Part shown: piece after piece, positions 1 to 8,826 of the stretch
How the letters are laid out: the number at the start of each line of letters is the position of its first letter
Position numbering within the stretch: position 1 is the first letter of the stretch
Assembly (NCBI GenBank): GCA_964629105.1
Contig: CAZVPS010000001.1
Location: 1-40,772, forward strand
Source of the DNA: an uncultured Anaerolineaceae bacterium
Lineage (GTDB): Bacteria > Chloroflexota > Limnocylindria > Limnocylindrales > CSP1-4
Direction of reading: 5' to 3'
DNA length: 40,772 nt
Notes under the pieces: model-generated
Databases searched by the model: none
What the model saw: the letters and a program-made list of their open reading frames with translations, nothing else
What the model was told of the DNA's origin: nothing
Program-made: the position numbers and the translations under genes

Positions 1-167
1 GCCTTGCGGGCGAGCGCGGCCTTCCGCAGCGCGCTCGTGTACTGGTTCCAGTGGGGCTTGCACATCCGACCCAGACCGTCCTTCTGGCTGGGCTGGGCCG
101 GGAAGTCGCCGATCGGCGCCTCGTGCGCCTCGATCCCGAACTTCGCCGACCCGATGCACTTCCGCAT
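1..167 (-). CDS. hypothetical protein, N-terminal part only (runs off the left edge)
   Basis: ATG at 167-165 on the minus strand. Reads MRKCIGSAKFGIEAHEAPIGDFPAQPSQKDGLGRMCKPHWNQYTSALRKAALARK to the window edge. Composition is ordinary, not Arg/Pro-biased. The KDGL-x3-CK-x-HW-x2-Y pattern resembles the Cys/His N-termini of phage HNH/NUMOD-type proteins. Too short to appear in the ORF track. Confidence 0.4.
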   Translation of the reverse strand, partial: MRKCIGSAKFGIEAHEAPIGDFPAQPSQKDGLGRMCKPHWNQYTSALRKAALARK

Positions 168-277
168 GTCCGCCACGTCCGTCGTCCTTTCGCTCGCCGG
201 CGCCGATCTGGCGTTCGGCAGCCCATCCATCACGCTGCTGGCGCGACGATGCAAGGTCGAAGATCGGCGGCCGCCCG

Positions 278-1645
278 ATGACGGCGAAAACGCCCCCGAC
301 GGTGGCCTGGCGCAACCGGATCACGGGCACTGGCGAGGAGGCGCCCGATCAGCTGCTCGCCAACCCGGCGAACTGGCGGATCCATCCGAAGGCACAACAG
401 GACGCCCTCGCGGGTGCGCTCGACCAGGTCGGCTGGGTCCAGCAGGTCCTCGTGAACCGGCGCACGGGCTTCGTCGTCGACGGCCATGCCCGCGTGGCCC
501 TCGCTCTGCGCCGCGGCGAGCCGACCGTGCCGGTGCTGTACGTCGACCTCGACCCCGAGGAGGAGGCGCTCGTCCTCGCCACCCTCGACCCGATCAGCGC
601 GATGGCGGGGCGCGACGAGGACAAGCTGCGCGCCCTCCTGGCGGACATCAGCGTAGACGATGCCGGGCTCCTCGCCCTCCTTGGCGACCTCGCGGGCAAC
701 GACCCGAAGGCGGGCCTCACCGACCCGGACGAGGTTCCTGAGCCGCCCGTGGAGCCCTACGTCAAGCCGGGTGAGCTCTATCGCCTCGGCGACCACCGCC
801 TCCTGTGCGGTGACGCCACGAGCGCTGCGGACGTGGCCCGCCTCCTGGACGGAGCAGCGCCGACGCTCCTTGCGACGGACCCGCCCTACGGCGTCCAGCT
901 CGACCAGACCTGGCGGGACGGCGTCTACAACGGGCCGCGGAAGCGGGTCAATGGATGGGGCGTCGTCGCGGGCGCCGCGAAGCCGTACATGATGCGCGAG
1001 GCCCCCGATGGCCAACCCGACGGTGACGACGCCACACGGGCCGCCCGTGGCGCCCGCGGGCGCACCACGGGCCATCGCCACACCTCGATCAGCGGCGATG
1101 TCCGAGCGGACTGGTCCGAGGCCTTCGCCCTCGTGCCCTCCCTGCAAGTCGGCTACGTCTGGTACGCGAGCGCCCATACCCAGGAGGTGCTGGCGGGCCT
1201 CCTCGATATCGGCTTCGAGCTAGTAGCGCAGATCATCTGGGACAAGGGCCTCTTCTCGATCGGGCGCTCCTGGTACCACTGGGCGCACGAGCCCTGCTTC
1301 GTGGTCCGGCGGCCCGGCGTGCCCAACCTCTTCATCGGCGAGCACGACCAGGCCACGATCTGGCGCGCCCCGTCGCCCAAGCGGATCGGCTCGGGCTCCA
1401 AGGAGCACAAAGAGGACCACCCGACCCAGAAGCCGGTGGTCCTCTCCGAGATCCCGATCCGCAACCACCTGCGCCCGGGCGAGGCGGTCTACGAGCCCTT
1501 CAGCGGGTCAGGCACGACGCTCATGGCGGCCGAAACCCTGGGCCGTCGCTGCTACGCGATGGAGATCGACCCCAAGTACGTCCAGGTCGCGATCGAGCGC
1601 TGGCAGCGCTTCACCGGCCGGACGGCGGAGCGCGTCGATGGGTAG
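278..1645 (+). CDS. ParB-like nuclease domain fused to an N4/N6 DNA methyltransferase
   Basis: N-terminus is ParB/Srx-like (ANPANWRIHPKAQQDAL..VVDGHARV). It is followed by LLATDPPYGV (motif IV), HPTQKPV and EPFSGSGTT (motif I). Sits just upstream of the terminase genes, as in many phages. Confidence 0.9.
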   Translation: MTAKTPPTVAWRNRITGTGEEAPDQLLANPANWRIHPKAQQDALAGALDQVGWVQQVLVNRRTGFVVDGHARVALALRRGEPTVPVLYVDLDPEEEALVLATLDPISAMAGRDEDKLRALLADISVDDAGLLALLGDLAGNDPKAGLTDPDEVPEPPVEPYVKPGELYRLGDHRLLCGDATSAADVARLLDGAAPTLLATDPPYGVQLDQTWRDGVYNGPRKRVNGWGVVAGAAKPYMMREAPDGQPDGDDATRAARGARGRTTGHRHTSISGDVRADWSEAFALVPSLQVGYVWYASAHTQEVLAGLLDIGFELVAQIIWDKGLFSIGRSWYHWAHEPCFVVRRPGVPNLFIGEHDQATIWRAPSPKRIGSGSKEHKEDHPTQKPVVLSEIPIRNHLRPGEAVYEPFSGSGTTLMAAETLGRRCYAMEIDPKYVQVAIERWQRFTGRTAERVDG

Positions 1646-2129
1646 GCGCGGCCCGGCCCCGACCCCGACGAAGGTGAAGCAGCTCCGCGGCGAGACGCGC
1701 CCGAGCCGCCTCAACCTCCGCGAGCCGATGCCGTCGCCGGACGTCCCGAAGATGCCGACGGACATGGACGACTCGGCCAAGGTCGTGTGGCGCCGGGTCC
1801 TGCGCGACATGCGCCACACGGGCGTCATCCGGGCCGCCGACGCTGACGTCCTGCGCTGCTACTGCGAGGCCGTCAGTCGCTACGCCCAGGCGGCCCGCCT
1901 GTACGCGCAGTCCGGGCCGATCGTCCAGCGCGACGGGAACCTCGTAAAGAACCCGCTCCACCAGGTCGCCCGCGACAACGCCGACGAGGTCCGCCAGTTC
2001 GCCCGCGAGCTCGGCCTCTCGCCATCGGCTCGCGTCGGGCTGCGGATCGAGCCCGAGCACGCGCTCGACGCGCTCACCGCCGAGATCGGGCTGCCGCCGA
2101 GGCTGCGGGTGGTCGGCGATGTGGGCTGA
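1638..2129 (+). CDS. terS: terminase small subunit (P27 family-like)
   Basis: RGPAPTPTKVKQLRG N-terminus and NPL..ARD...FARELGLSPSAR, typical of P27-family TerS. Overlaps the previous stop by 8 nt and lies directly upstream of TerL. Confidence 0.85.
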   Translation: MGRRGPAPTPTKVKQLRGETRPSRLNLREPMPSPDVPKMPTDMDDSAKVVWRRVLRDMRHTGVIRAADADVLRCYCEAVSRYAQAARLYAQSGPIVQRDGNLVKNPLHQVARDNADEVRQFARELGLSPSARVGLRIEPEHALDALTAEIGLPPRLRVVGDVG

Positions 2130-2132
2130 GCC

Positions 2133-3656
2133 GTGGTCCCCGACGCCCTCTCTGGCGGCCCCCACTTCGCCGCGTACTGCGAGCGGTACATCCGCCACAC
2201 CAAGGGCCGCTGGGCCGGCCGGCCGCTCATCTACGAGGACTGGCAGCGCGAGTTCTGGTGGGAGGCCCTCGAGTTCGACCCCGCGACCGGACTCCGGATC
2301 TACAACGAGGTCGGACTCGGCATCCCGCGCAAGAACACGAAGTCGACGATGGCCAGCGCCGCCGGGCTCTACATGCTCGACGCCGACGGCGAGCCCGAGC
2401 CCGAGGTCTACGTCGCCGCGGCCGCCCGCAACCAGGCCGGGATCGTCCTCGGCCAGGCCCGGAGCATGGTCAGCCGGAGCCCGCTCCTGCTCGATCGGCT
2501 CGTCCCCCACCGCTACGCGATCGAGTGCCCCCGCAACGGCGGGATCATGCGGTCGCTGTCGTCCGACGCCGCACTCCAGCACGGCCTCAACCCTTCGGCC
2601 AACATCATCGACGAGCTCCACGCCCACCGATCCGCGGAGCTCTACACCGCGCTCACGACGGGGACCGGCGCCCGAGAGCAGCCCTTCACCCTCTGGATCA
2701 CGACCGCCGGGGTGGCCGGCGAGGGCATCCTCGCCGAGCTCTTCGACTCGATGTTCACGGGATCCGGCGAGCTCGAGCAGCGGGGCTCGCTCCTGGTCTA
2801 CCGCGATCGGACGAACGGGACGCTCATCTACTGGTACGGCGCCCCGCGCGACGCGGACATCGAGGACCCCGCGGTCTGGTACGCGGCGAACCCCGTCTCC
2901 TGGCTCCACGACGGCAAGTACCTGGGCGCCCAGTTCGCGCGCCTTCGGGCCCGCGGCGCGCTCCTGGAGTGGCGCCGCTACCACCTCAACCAGTTCGTCG
3001 GCTTCGAGGACACCTGGCTGCGCGATGGCGCGTGGCGTGGGACGGCCGGCGATCTCCCGCTCAACGTCGCCCTGCCAATCGGCGTGGGCATCGATCGGAG
3101 TCCCGACGGGGCGCTCGGCGCGGTCGCGATCGCGCAGCGCCAGGGAGACCGGGTCGTGGTGAGGGCGCAGGTGTTCGGCCCGGAGTCGGCGACTGGGATG
3201 GCCAGCGCCGAGGCGATGCGCGTCCGCCTGCGGGACCTGCGCGTCGAGTTTCCCCTGGCGCAGTCCCGCGACGAGAAGACCAAGCGGGCGCTTGCCGGGC
3301 CCGCCTACGCCTTCGACCGGCTCGCCTTCGGCGAGTCGGCCGAGATCCTCGAGGCGGACGGGCTCGCGATGGTCGACGTCCCGATGACGGCCGCGGTCAT
3401 GGGCCCGCCCTCGACCCTGACCTACGAGCTCATCACGACCGGCCGTCTGATCCACGACGACGACCCGATCCTCGCCGAGCACGTCGCCAACACGACCGCG
3501 GTCCTGACCGACCGGGGCATGAAGATCACCCGCTCCAAGCACGGCTCGACGCGCCCGAACGTGGCCGCGGTGGCGATGGTCCGGGCGGTCGCGATGGCGA
3601 GCCAAGAGGCGCCGGTGCCGTTCGTCCGCACGCCCCGGGCGCCGGTGGGGTTCTGA
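2133..3656 (+). CDS. terL: terminase large subunit
   Basis: GTG start. YIRHTKGRWAGRPL..WQREFW followed by an ATPase-like GIPRKNTKST segment, with a nuclease-type C-terminal half. Position lies between TerS and the portal gene. Confidence 0.9.
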   Translation: MVPDALSGGPHFAAYCERYIRHTKGRWAGRPLIYEDWQREFWWEALEFDPATGLRIYNEVGLGIPRKNTKSTMASAAGLYMLDADGEPEPEVYVAAAARNQAGIVLGQARSMVSRSPLLLDRLVPHRYAIECPRNGGIMRSLSSDAALQHGLNPSANIIDELHAHRSAELYTALTTGTGAREQPFTLWITTAGVAGEGILAELFDSMFTGSGELEQRGSLLVYRDRTNGTLIYWYGAPRDADIEDPAVWYAANPVSWLHDGKYLGAQFARLRARGALLEWRRYHLNQFVGFEDTWLRDGAWRGTAGDLPLNVALPIGVGIDRSPDGALGAVAIAQRQGDRVVVRAQVFGPESATGMASAEAMRVRLRDLRVEFPLAQSRDEKTKRALAGPAYAFDRLAFGESAEILEADGLAMVDVPMTAAVMGPPSTLTYELITTGRLIHDDDPILAEHVANTTAVLTDRGMKITRSKHGSTRPNVAAVAMVRAVAMASQEAPVPFVRTPRAPVGF

Positions 3657-3658
3657 CG

Positions 3659-5149
3659 ATGCTTGACACGACGCGAGTCCATGTTCCCGGCACCCTCGAC
3701 TGGTGGCTCGCTCGTCTGGGCAAGCGCCTCGACGACCGGCGCGTCCCGATGACGAGGTACGAGGACTACTACGCGGGGCAGCAGCCGCTCGCCTTCGCGT
3801 CGGCCAAGTTCCGCCAGGCGTTCGGCGACCGCTTCCCGGCCTTCAGCTCGAACTTCATGGCCCTCGTCGTCGACGCCCACCGCGAGCGGCTCCACGTCCA
3901 GGGCATCCGGATCGGCGACGCGCCCGAGGGCGATGCGGACGCCTGGCGCTGGTGGCAGGAGAACCGCCTCGACGCGGAGTCGCAGAAGGCGCACACGGAA
4001 TCGCTCGTCAAGGGCGTCGCCTACGCGCTCGTGTGGCCGGACGCGATCACCCACCTGCCCGAGGTGACGATCGAGTCGCCCCTCCAGGTCGTCGTCGAGA
4101 CCGAACCCGGCAAGAGCTGGCGGCGACGGGCAGCCCTCAAGCGCTGGCTCGACGACGACAGCCGCTACCGCGCCGAGCTGTACCTGCCGGATGGCATCTA
4201 CAAGTTCCGCTCGGTCCAGCGCTCGGAATGGTTCAGCGCACCGTCATGGGCCTCAGTGGCGATCTGGACCCGCGACGAGCCGGCCGGCGAGCCGTGGCCG
4301 GTGCCGAACCCGCTCAACGTCGTTCCGATCGTGCCGATCGTGAACCGGCCGCGCCTGACCGGCGACGGGCAGTCCGAGATCGCGATGGTCATGAGCAACC
4401 AGGACGCGATCAACAAGCTCCGCGCCGACGCCCTCATCGCATCCGAGTTCGCCTCGTTCCGCCAGCGCTGGATCATCGGCATGGACATCCCGATCGATCC
4501 CGAGACGGGGCAGCCGGTCGAGCCCTTCCGCTCGGCTGTGGATCGGCTGTGGATGGTTCCTCCGCCCGACCCCGACGACCCCAACCCGCCCAAGGTCGAG
4601 TTCGGCGAGTTCGAGCAGACCGACCTCGCGCCGATCTACGCCGGCATCGACACCGAGGTCCAACACCTGGGTGCGATCAGTCGCACGCCGTACCACTACC
4701 TGCTCCCGCAATCTGGCCAGCCGCCGTCGGGCGAGTCGCTCAAGTCGTCGGAGACCGGGCTCATGGCCAAGGTCGCCGACTCGATGCTTAACAAGGGCGA
4801 GTCGTGGGAAGAAGTGTTTCGCCTGAACTTCCTCATCCGGGGCGACCCGCGGGCGGCCGACACCGCCGCCGAGATCATCTGGAAGGACCCGGAGAGCCGG
4901 ACCGAGGCCGTCCACACCGACGCGCTCGTCAAGCAGAAGAGCCTCGGCATCCCCGACGAGATCCTCTGGGAGGGCCTCGGCTACTCGCCCCAGCAGATCG
5001 CCCGGATCAAGCGCCTCCGCGCCGAGTCGCCGCCGCCCGTCACCGATATCGGGGCGCCTGCCGCAGCGCCGTCGACCGATGCCACCTCCACTCCGATCCC
5101 CACCCCAAACCGAACGGCCGTCCCATCGGGGTCGGCAGGCCCCGTTTGA
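3659..5149 (+). CDS. portal protein (SPP1 gp6-like)
   Basis: ATG at 3659, 2 nt after the TerL stop. RYEDYYAGQQPLAFASAKFRQAFG is the hallmark N-terminus of actinophage portals. The track ORF 2258..5149 is only an in-frame upstream extension. Confidence 0.9.
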   Translation: MLDTTRVHVPGTLDWWLARLGKRLDDRRVPMTRYEDYYAGQQPLAFASAKFRQAFGDRFPAFSSNFMALVVDAHRERLHVQGIRIGDAPEGDADAWRWWQENRLDAESQKAHTESLVKGVAYALVWPDAITHLPEVTIESPLQVVVETEPGKSWRRRAALKRWLDDDSRYRAELYLPDGIYKFRSVQRSEWFSAPSWASVAIWTRDEPAGEPWPVPNPLNVVPIVPIVNRPRLTGDGQSEIAMVMSNQDAINKLRADALIASEFASFRQRWIIGMDIPIDPETGQPVEPFRSAVDRLWMVPPPDPDDPNPPKVEFGEFEQTDLAPIYAGIDTEVQHLGAISRTPYHYLLPQSGQPPSGESLKSSETGLMAKVADSMLNKGESWEEVFRLNFLIRGDPRAADTAAEIIWKDPESRTEAVHTDALVKQKSLGIPDEILWEGLGYSPQQIARIKRLRAESPPPVTDIGAPAAAPSTDATSTPIPTPNRTAVPSGSAGPV

Positions 5150-5174
5150 CACGGGGAGAAAGGCAGCTACCCTG

Positions 5175-5762
5175 ATGGCAGACGAGTCGACCACGGGCGC
5201 GACGCCCGGCACAGGTGCGACGCCTGTGCAGGCCGGTCCGGCAACGACGGCACCAGCCGAGCCCAAGCCCGCGACGGGCGAGGACGACCTCGGTGAGGCC
5301 GGCAAGAAGGTCCTCCGCGAACTTCGCTCCGCTGAGCGCGAGGCGCAGCGTCGAGCCGAAGCCGCCGAGAAGGAACTTGCCGATCTCCGGTCCGCAACGC
5401 AGACCGACCAGGAGAAGGCGCTTGCCCAGGCAAAGCGCGAGGCGGCCGCCGAAGAGCGCGCCAAGTTCGAGACGAAGCTCCGCCGTTCAGAGGTCCGCTC
5501 GGCCCTCCGTGCCGCGGGCCTCTCCAACGACGCCCTCGTCGAGCTCGCGCTTCGGTCCGACCTCTTCGCGACCCTCGCGGTCGACGACGAGGGCCGGGTG
5601 GCCGAACTCGATAAGGCTGTCGCGCAGCTCAAGAAGGACGCCCCGGAACTCTTCGCCGCGTCGGGCGCCGGGACCATCACCCGCGGCGTCCAGACGGCCC
5701 AACCGGCCGCGCCCAAGGACCTCGCCACGTCCGTCGCCGACTACTACGCACCGAAGCATTGA
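5175..5762 (+). CDS. capsid scaffolding protein
   Basis: ATG at 5175 after GGGGAGAAAGG. Ala/Glu/Lys-rich coiled-coil sequence (EKELADLRSATQTDQEKALAQAKREAAAEERAKFE). Lies between the portal and the major capsid gene. Confidence 0.7.
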   Translation: MADESTTGATPGTGATPVQAGPATTAPAEPKPATGEDDLGEAGKKVLRELRSAEREAQRRAEAAEKELADLRSATQTDQEKALAQAKREAAAEERAKFETKLRRSEVRSALRAAGLSNDALVELALRSDLFATLAVDDEGRVAELDKAVAQLKKDAPELFAASGAGTITRGVQTAQPAAPKDLATSVADYYAPKH

Positions 5763-5799
5763 CACGCCCTGACCTGGGCGAACGAAAGGAGCGACTCCC

Positions 5800-7059
5800 G
5801 TGCCTGTGACCCTCGCCCAGGCGAGCCTCAACGCCGCCAGCGACATCGACCGCAACATCATCGACGAGTTCCGCAAGTCGAGCTTCCTGCTCGACCGGCT
5901 CCAGTTCGACCAGTCGGTCAACCCCGCCGGTGGCGGCTCGACCCTGACCTACGGCTACACCCGCCAGATCACCCAGCGCTCGGCTGCCTTCCGCGCGATC
6001 AACACCGAGTACACCCCGGCCGAGGTGACCAAGCAGCAGTACACCGTCGATCTCCGGCCGCTCGGCGGATCGTTCCAGATCGACCGGGTGCTCGAGGGCA
6101 TCGGCGCGATCAGCGAGGTCGCGTTCCAGCTCGAGCAGCTCATCAAGGCGTCGCGCGCGTTCTTCGCCGACCAGGCCATCAACGGCGACTCGGCGGTGGA
6201 CGCCAACGGGTTCGATGGGTTGTCGAAGGCGCTCACCGGGTCGTCCACCGAGATCAACGCGACGGGCACCGACGACTGGACGGGCATCGACACGCAGGTC
6301 GAGGCGCTCCAGGCGATCCAGCGGATCAACACCTGGCTCGGGCTCATGGACGGAGCGCCCTCGGCGCTGCTGATGAACTCGACCGCCAAGTCGTGGTTCT
6401 CGCTCATCGCCGCCCTGTCGGGCCAGCTGCGCTCGACGCAGGACGCCTTCGGTCGACCGATCGAGACGTTCCGCGACATCGCCCTCGTCGACCTCGGCGA
6501 GAAGGCCGGGTCCGCCAACCCGGTCGTGGGCTCGTACGGCGCGCCCAACGAGGCGCAGGTCGTGACCCTGACGTCCGCCACGGGCGGGACCTTCACCCTC
6601 ACGTGGAACGGTCAGACGACCGCGGCGATCGCCTTCGACGCCCCGGCGGCGGCCGTCCAGGCGGCCCTCGAGGCGCTCTCCAACATCGCGGTCGGCGACG
6701 TGACCGTCAGCGGCAACGCGGGCGGGCCGTACACGGTCACGTTCAAGGGCCAGCAGCGCGGCGTGAACGTCGCGGCCATGACCGCGACCGACTCGACGAC
6801 GGGTTCCGGCCACAACGTCGCCGTCACGACCGGCTCGGCCGGCGGCGCAACAAGCGGCTACACCGACATCTACGCGGTCCGCTTCGGGCTCGACGGCTTC
6901 CATGCCGTGTCGGTCGTCGGCCAGCTCCTGCGCCAGTGGCTGCCCGACTTCACGACCGCGGGTGCCGTGAAGACCGGCGAAGTCGAGATGGGGCCGCTCG
7001 CACCGGTGCTCAAGTCGTCGCGGGCGGCCGGCGTGTACCGCAACGTCAAGGTCGCATAG
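5800..7059 (+). CDS. major capsid protein (HK97 fold) with an internal insertion of about 110 aa
   Basis: GTG at 5800 after AAAGGAG. N- and C-terminal parts look like an actinophage MCP (LTYGYTRQ.., TDIYAVRFGLDGFHAV). Position follows the scaffold gene. Confidence 0.85.
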   Translation: MPVTLAQASLNAASDIDRNIIDEFRKSSFLLDRLQFDQSVNPAGGGSTLTYGYTRQITQRSAAFRAINTEYTPAEVTKQQYTVDLRPLGGSFQIDRVLEGIGAISEVAFQLEQLIKASRAFFADQAINGDSAVDANGFDGLSKALTGSSTEINATGTDDWTGIDTQVEALQAIQRINTWLGLMDGAPSALLMNSTAKSWFSLIAALSGQLRSTQDAFGRPIETFRDIALVDLGEKAGSANPVVGSYGAPNEAQVVTLTSATGGTFTLTWNGQTTAAIAFDAPAAAVQAALEALSNIAVGDVTVSGNAGGPYTVTFKGQQRGVNVAAMTATDSTTGSGHNVAVTTGSAGGATSGYTDIYAVRFGLDGFHAVSVVGQLLRQWLPDFTTAGAVKTGEVEMGPLAPVLKSSRAAGVYRNVKVA

Positions 7060-7083
7060 GCGGCGCGGCGAGGAACGCGGGCG

Positions 7084-7653
7084 ATGTCGCTCGTGACGAT
7101 CGGCGAGGTTCGCGCGATCGTCGAGTCGCGTCTCGCGGACGATGACCTCCAAGCGCTCATCGACCGCGAGGAGGCGTGGCTCGCGAGCCGCATCGGCGCG
7201 CTCACAGGATTGCGCACGGTGACGTTCGCCCCGGGACTCGCCGACAGCCCGATCTTCCTCTCCCGGCGCACCAGCACCGTCGTCGTCTCCGATGCCGGCG
7301 TGACGCTCAAGCCGACCGACGTGCGCTTCACGCCCGAGTCGGGCGTCGTCCGCCGCGTCGGCGCCGCCTACCCCTGGCCCGATCCACTCACCTACCCATG
7401 GGTCGCTCCCTGGTCCGGTGAGGTGCGCGTGACATTCACGCCGACCGACGAGGCCGACGTGAAGCGCGCCGTGCTCGAACTCGTCCGCGGCACGCTCAGC
7501 GAGACCGGCTTCGATGCCGAGACGATGGGCGACTACGGCTACACGCGCGGCGATGCGGTCGCCCGCCTGAGCCGGCCCGCGCTCGTCCGGAGCGTGCTCC
7601 TGCGCCGACCGGCGTACGCGACGCGACTGCGCTCGTCCCTGGAGCCGACATGA
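7084..7653 (+). CDS. head-tail connector protein (gp6-like)
   Basis: First gene after the MCP. The N-terminus (VTIGEVRAIVESRLADDDLQALIDREEAWL) is typical of this family. Confidence 0.6.
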   Translation: MSLVTIGEVRAIVESRLADDDLQALIDREEAWLASRIGALTGLRTVTFAPGLADSPIFLSRRTSTVVVSDAGVTLKPTDVRFTPESGVVRRVGAAYPWPDPLTYPWVAPWSGEVRVTFTPTDEADVKRAVLELVRGTLSETGFDAETMGDYGYTRGDAVARLSRPALVRSVLLRRPAYATRLRSSLEPT

Positions 7654-7991
7654 GCTTCGACGGTCTCCTCATCCACACGCTCGCCGTCGAGCGGGCGACG
7701 CCCGGCGCGCCCAACGAGTACGGCCAGCCAATCCGCACATACGCCACGCTCGCCACGTTCCGCGGGAGGATCGAGCCCCGATCCGCACGCGAGATCGCGG
7801 CGACGAGCGAGGCCGGCGCCGTCGTGTCCGACCACGTCCTTCGGACGCGCCCACGGGATCTGCGCGAGAGCGACCGGATCAGGTTCGACCCGCCCGATGG
7901 CCGCCTCTTCGAGATCACCGCCATCCGCGATATGGCGGGCGCCGGGCACCACCTGACGGTCGACCTCAGGCTCATCGAGGCGGGCACCTGA
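7650..7991 (+). CDS. head-tail adaptor / head closure protein
   Basis: ATGA overlap with the previous gene. 113 aa; the pattern (YATLATFRGRIEP..DRIRF..GRLFEI) matches SPP1 gp16-like head closure proteins. Confidence 0.65.
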   Translation: MSFDGLLIHTLAVERATPGAPNEYGQPIRTYATLATFRGRIEPRSAREIAATSEAGAVVSDHVLRTRPRDLRESDRIRFDPPDGRLFEITAIRDMAGAGHHLTVDLRLIEAGT

Positions 7992-8395
7992 TGGCCCGCA
8001 AGAACAACCGGGTCGTGCTCAACCGTGCGGCGCTCGACGCGATCACGCTTGGCATGGCCGATGGTCTGCTCGCGCTCGCCGACGCGGTCATCGCCGCGAC
8101 GAAGGTGCCCGATGCACCGGTCCTCGGCGCGGGCCTCATTGAGGCCGGCGGGACGGTCGCCTACGTCACGGGCAAGAAGGTCGGCGGGGCGGCGGCGAAG
8201 CCCAAGGGGATGAAGGTCCGCACGATGGGCGTCGCGGTCGCCGGCGGCTTCCCCTTCCCCGCCCGCTTCCAGGAGCTCGGCACGGTCAACCAGCCCGCTC
8301 GCCCGTTTCTGACGCCAGCGCTGATGGCGACCGTGCCCGGTGCCGTGCCGCTCATCAAGGCACGGGTCGCCGATCGACTTCGAGGTGTTCGATGA
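7991..8395 (+). CDS. HK97 gp10-family tail-joining protein
   Basis: FPFPARFQELGTVNQPARPFLTPAL motif. Shares 1 nt with the previous stop. Confidence 0.7.
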   Translation: MARKNNRVVLNRAALDAITLGMADGLLALADAVIAATKVPDAPVLGAGLIEAGGTVAYVTGKKVGGAAAKPKGMKVRTMGVAVAGGFPFPARFQELGTVNQPARPFLTPALMATVPGAVPLIKARVADRLRGVR

Positions 8396-8808
8396 TCGAC
8401 CCGCTCGGCACACTCCTCACCGAGATCCGCGACAACCCCGCGGTGGCGGGCATGACGACCCGTGTCCGGGGCGGCGAGCCCGCTCCGGGCGACGCAGCCA
8501 CGCCGTTCCAGCGCTTCGTCGTCCTCGTCCGGTTGGGGTCGCAGCGGGACAAGCGCGCGCCAATGCAGGAAGTCCGGATCGCCGTGCGCTGCTATGGCTC
8601 GACCCACCAGGACGCCGCGGCGCTGTACGGCGCCGTGTCCGACGCCGTCCACAACATCGGGCCACGGATCGGGGCCTCCGGCGTGCTCATCCATCGCAGC
8701 TACGACGACATCGGCACCGGTGCCGACACGGACCCCGATACCGGCCAGCCCCACGAGGACGGGGTCATCTCTCTGTTCGCGGCGACGCAGATCGTCGCTG
8801 CCACCTGA
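8392..8808 (+). CDS. tail completion / terminator-like protein
   Basis: ATGA overlap with the previous gene. Size and position immediately upstream of the major tail gene. Assignment rests on synteny only. Confidence 0.5.
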   Translation: MIDPLGTLLTEIRDNPAVAGMTTRVRGGEPAPGDAATPFQRFVVLVRLGSQRDKRAPMQEVRIAVRCYGSTHQDAAALYGAVSDAVHNIGPRIGASGVLIHRSYDDIGTGADTDPDTGQPHEDGVISLFAATQIVAAT

Positions 8809-8826
8809 CACGAAAGGAGCATCGCC

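Noticed and set aside
1611-3605. Long antisense ORFs opposite real genes (also 5677-7152, 8161-9852, 10251-12500, 13235-14593, 31902-33632, 36231-38630 and others)
   Set aside because: These are Arg/Pro/Gly/Asp-rich, low-complexity translations with no motifs. Each lies opposite a gene with clear homology-type motifs. They are the expected stop-codon-poor artefact of ~70% GC DNA.
2258-5149. 963-aa ORF spanning the terminase and portal regions
   Set aside because: The upstream 467 codons are an out-of-frame read-through of terL (Arg/Pro-rich). The portal begins at ATG 3659.
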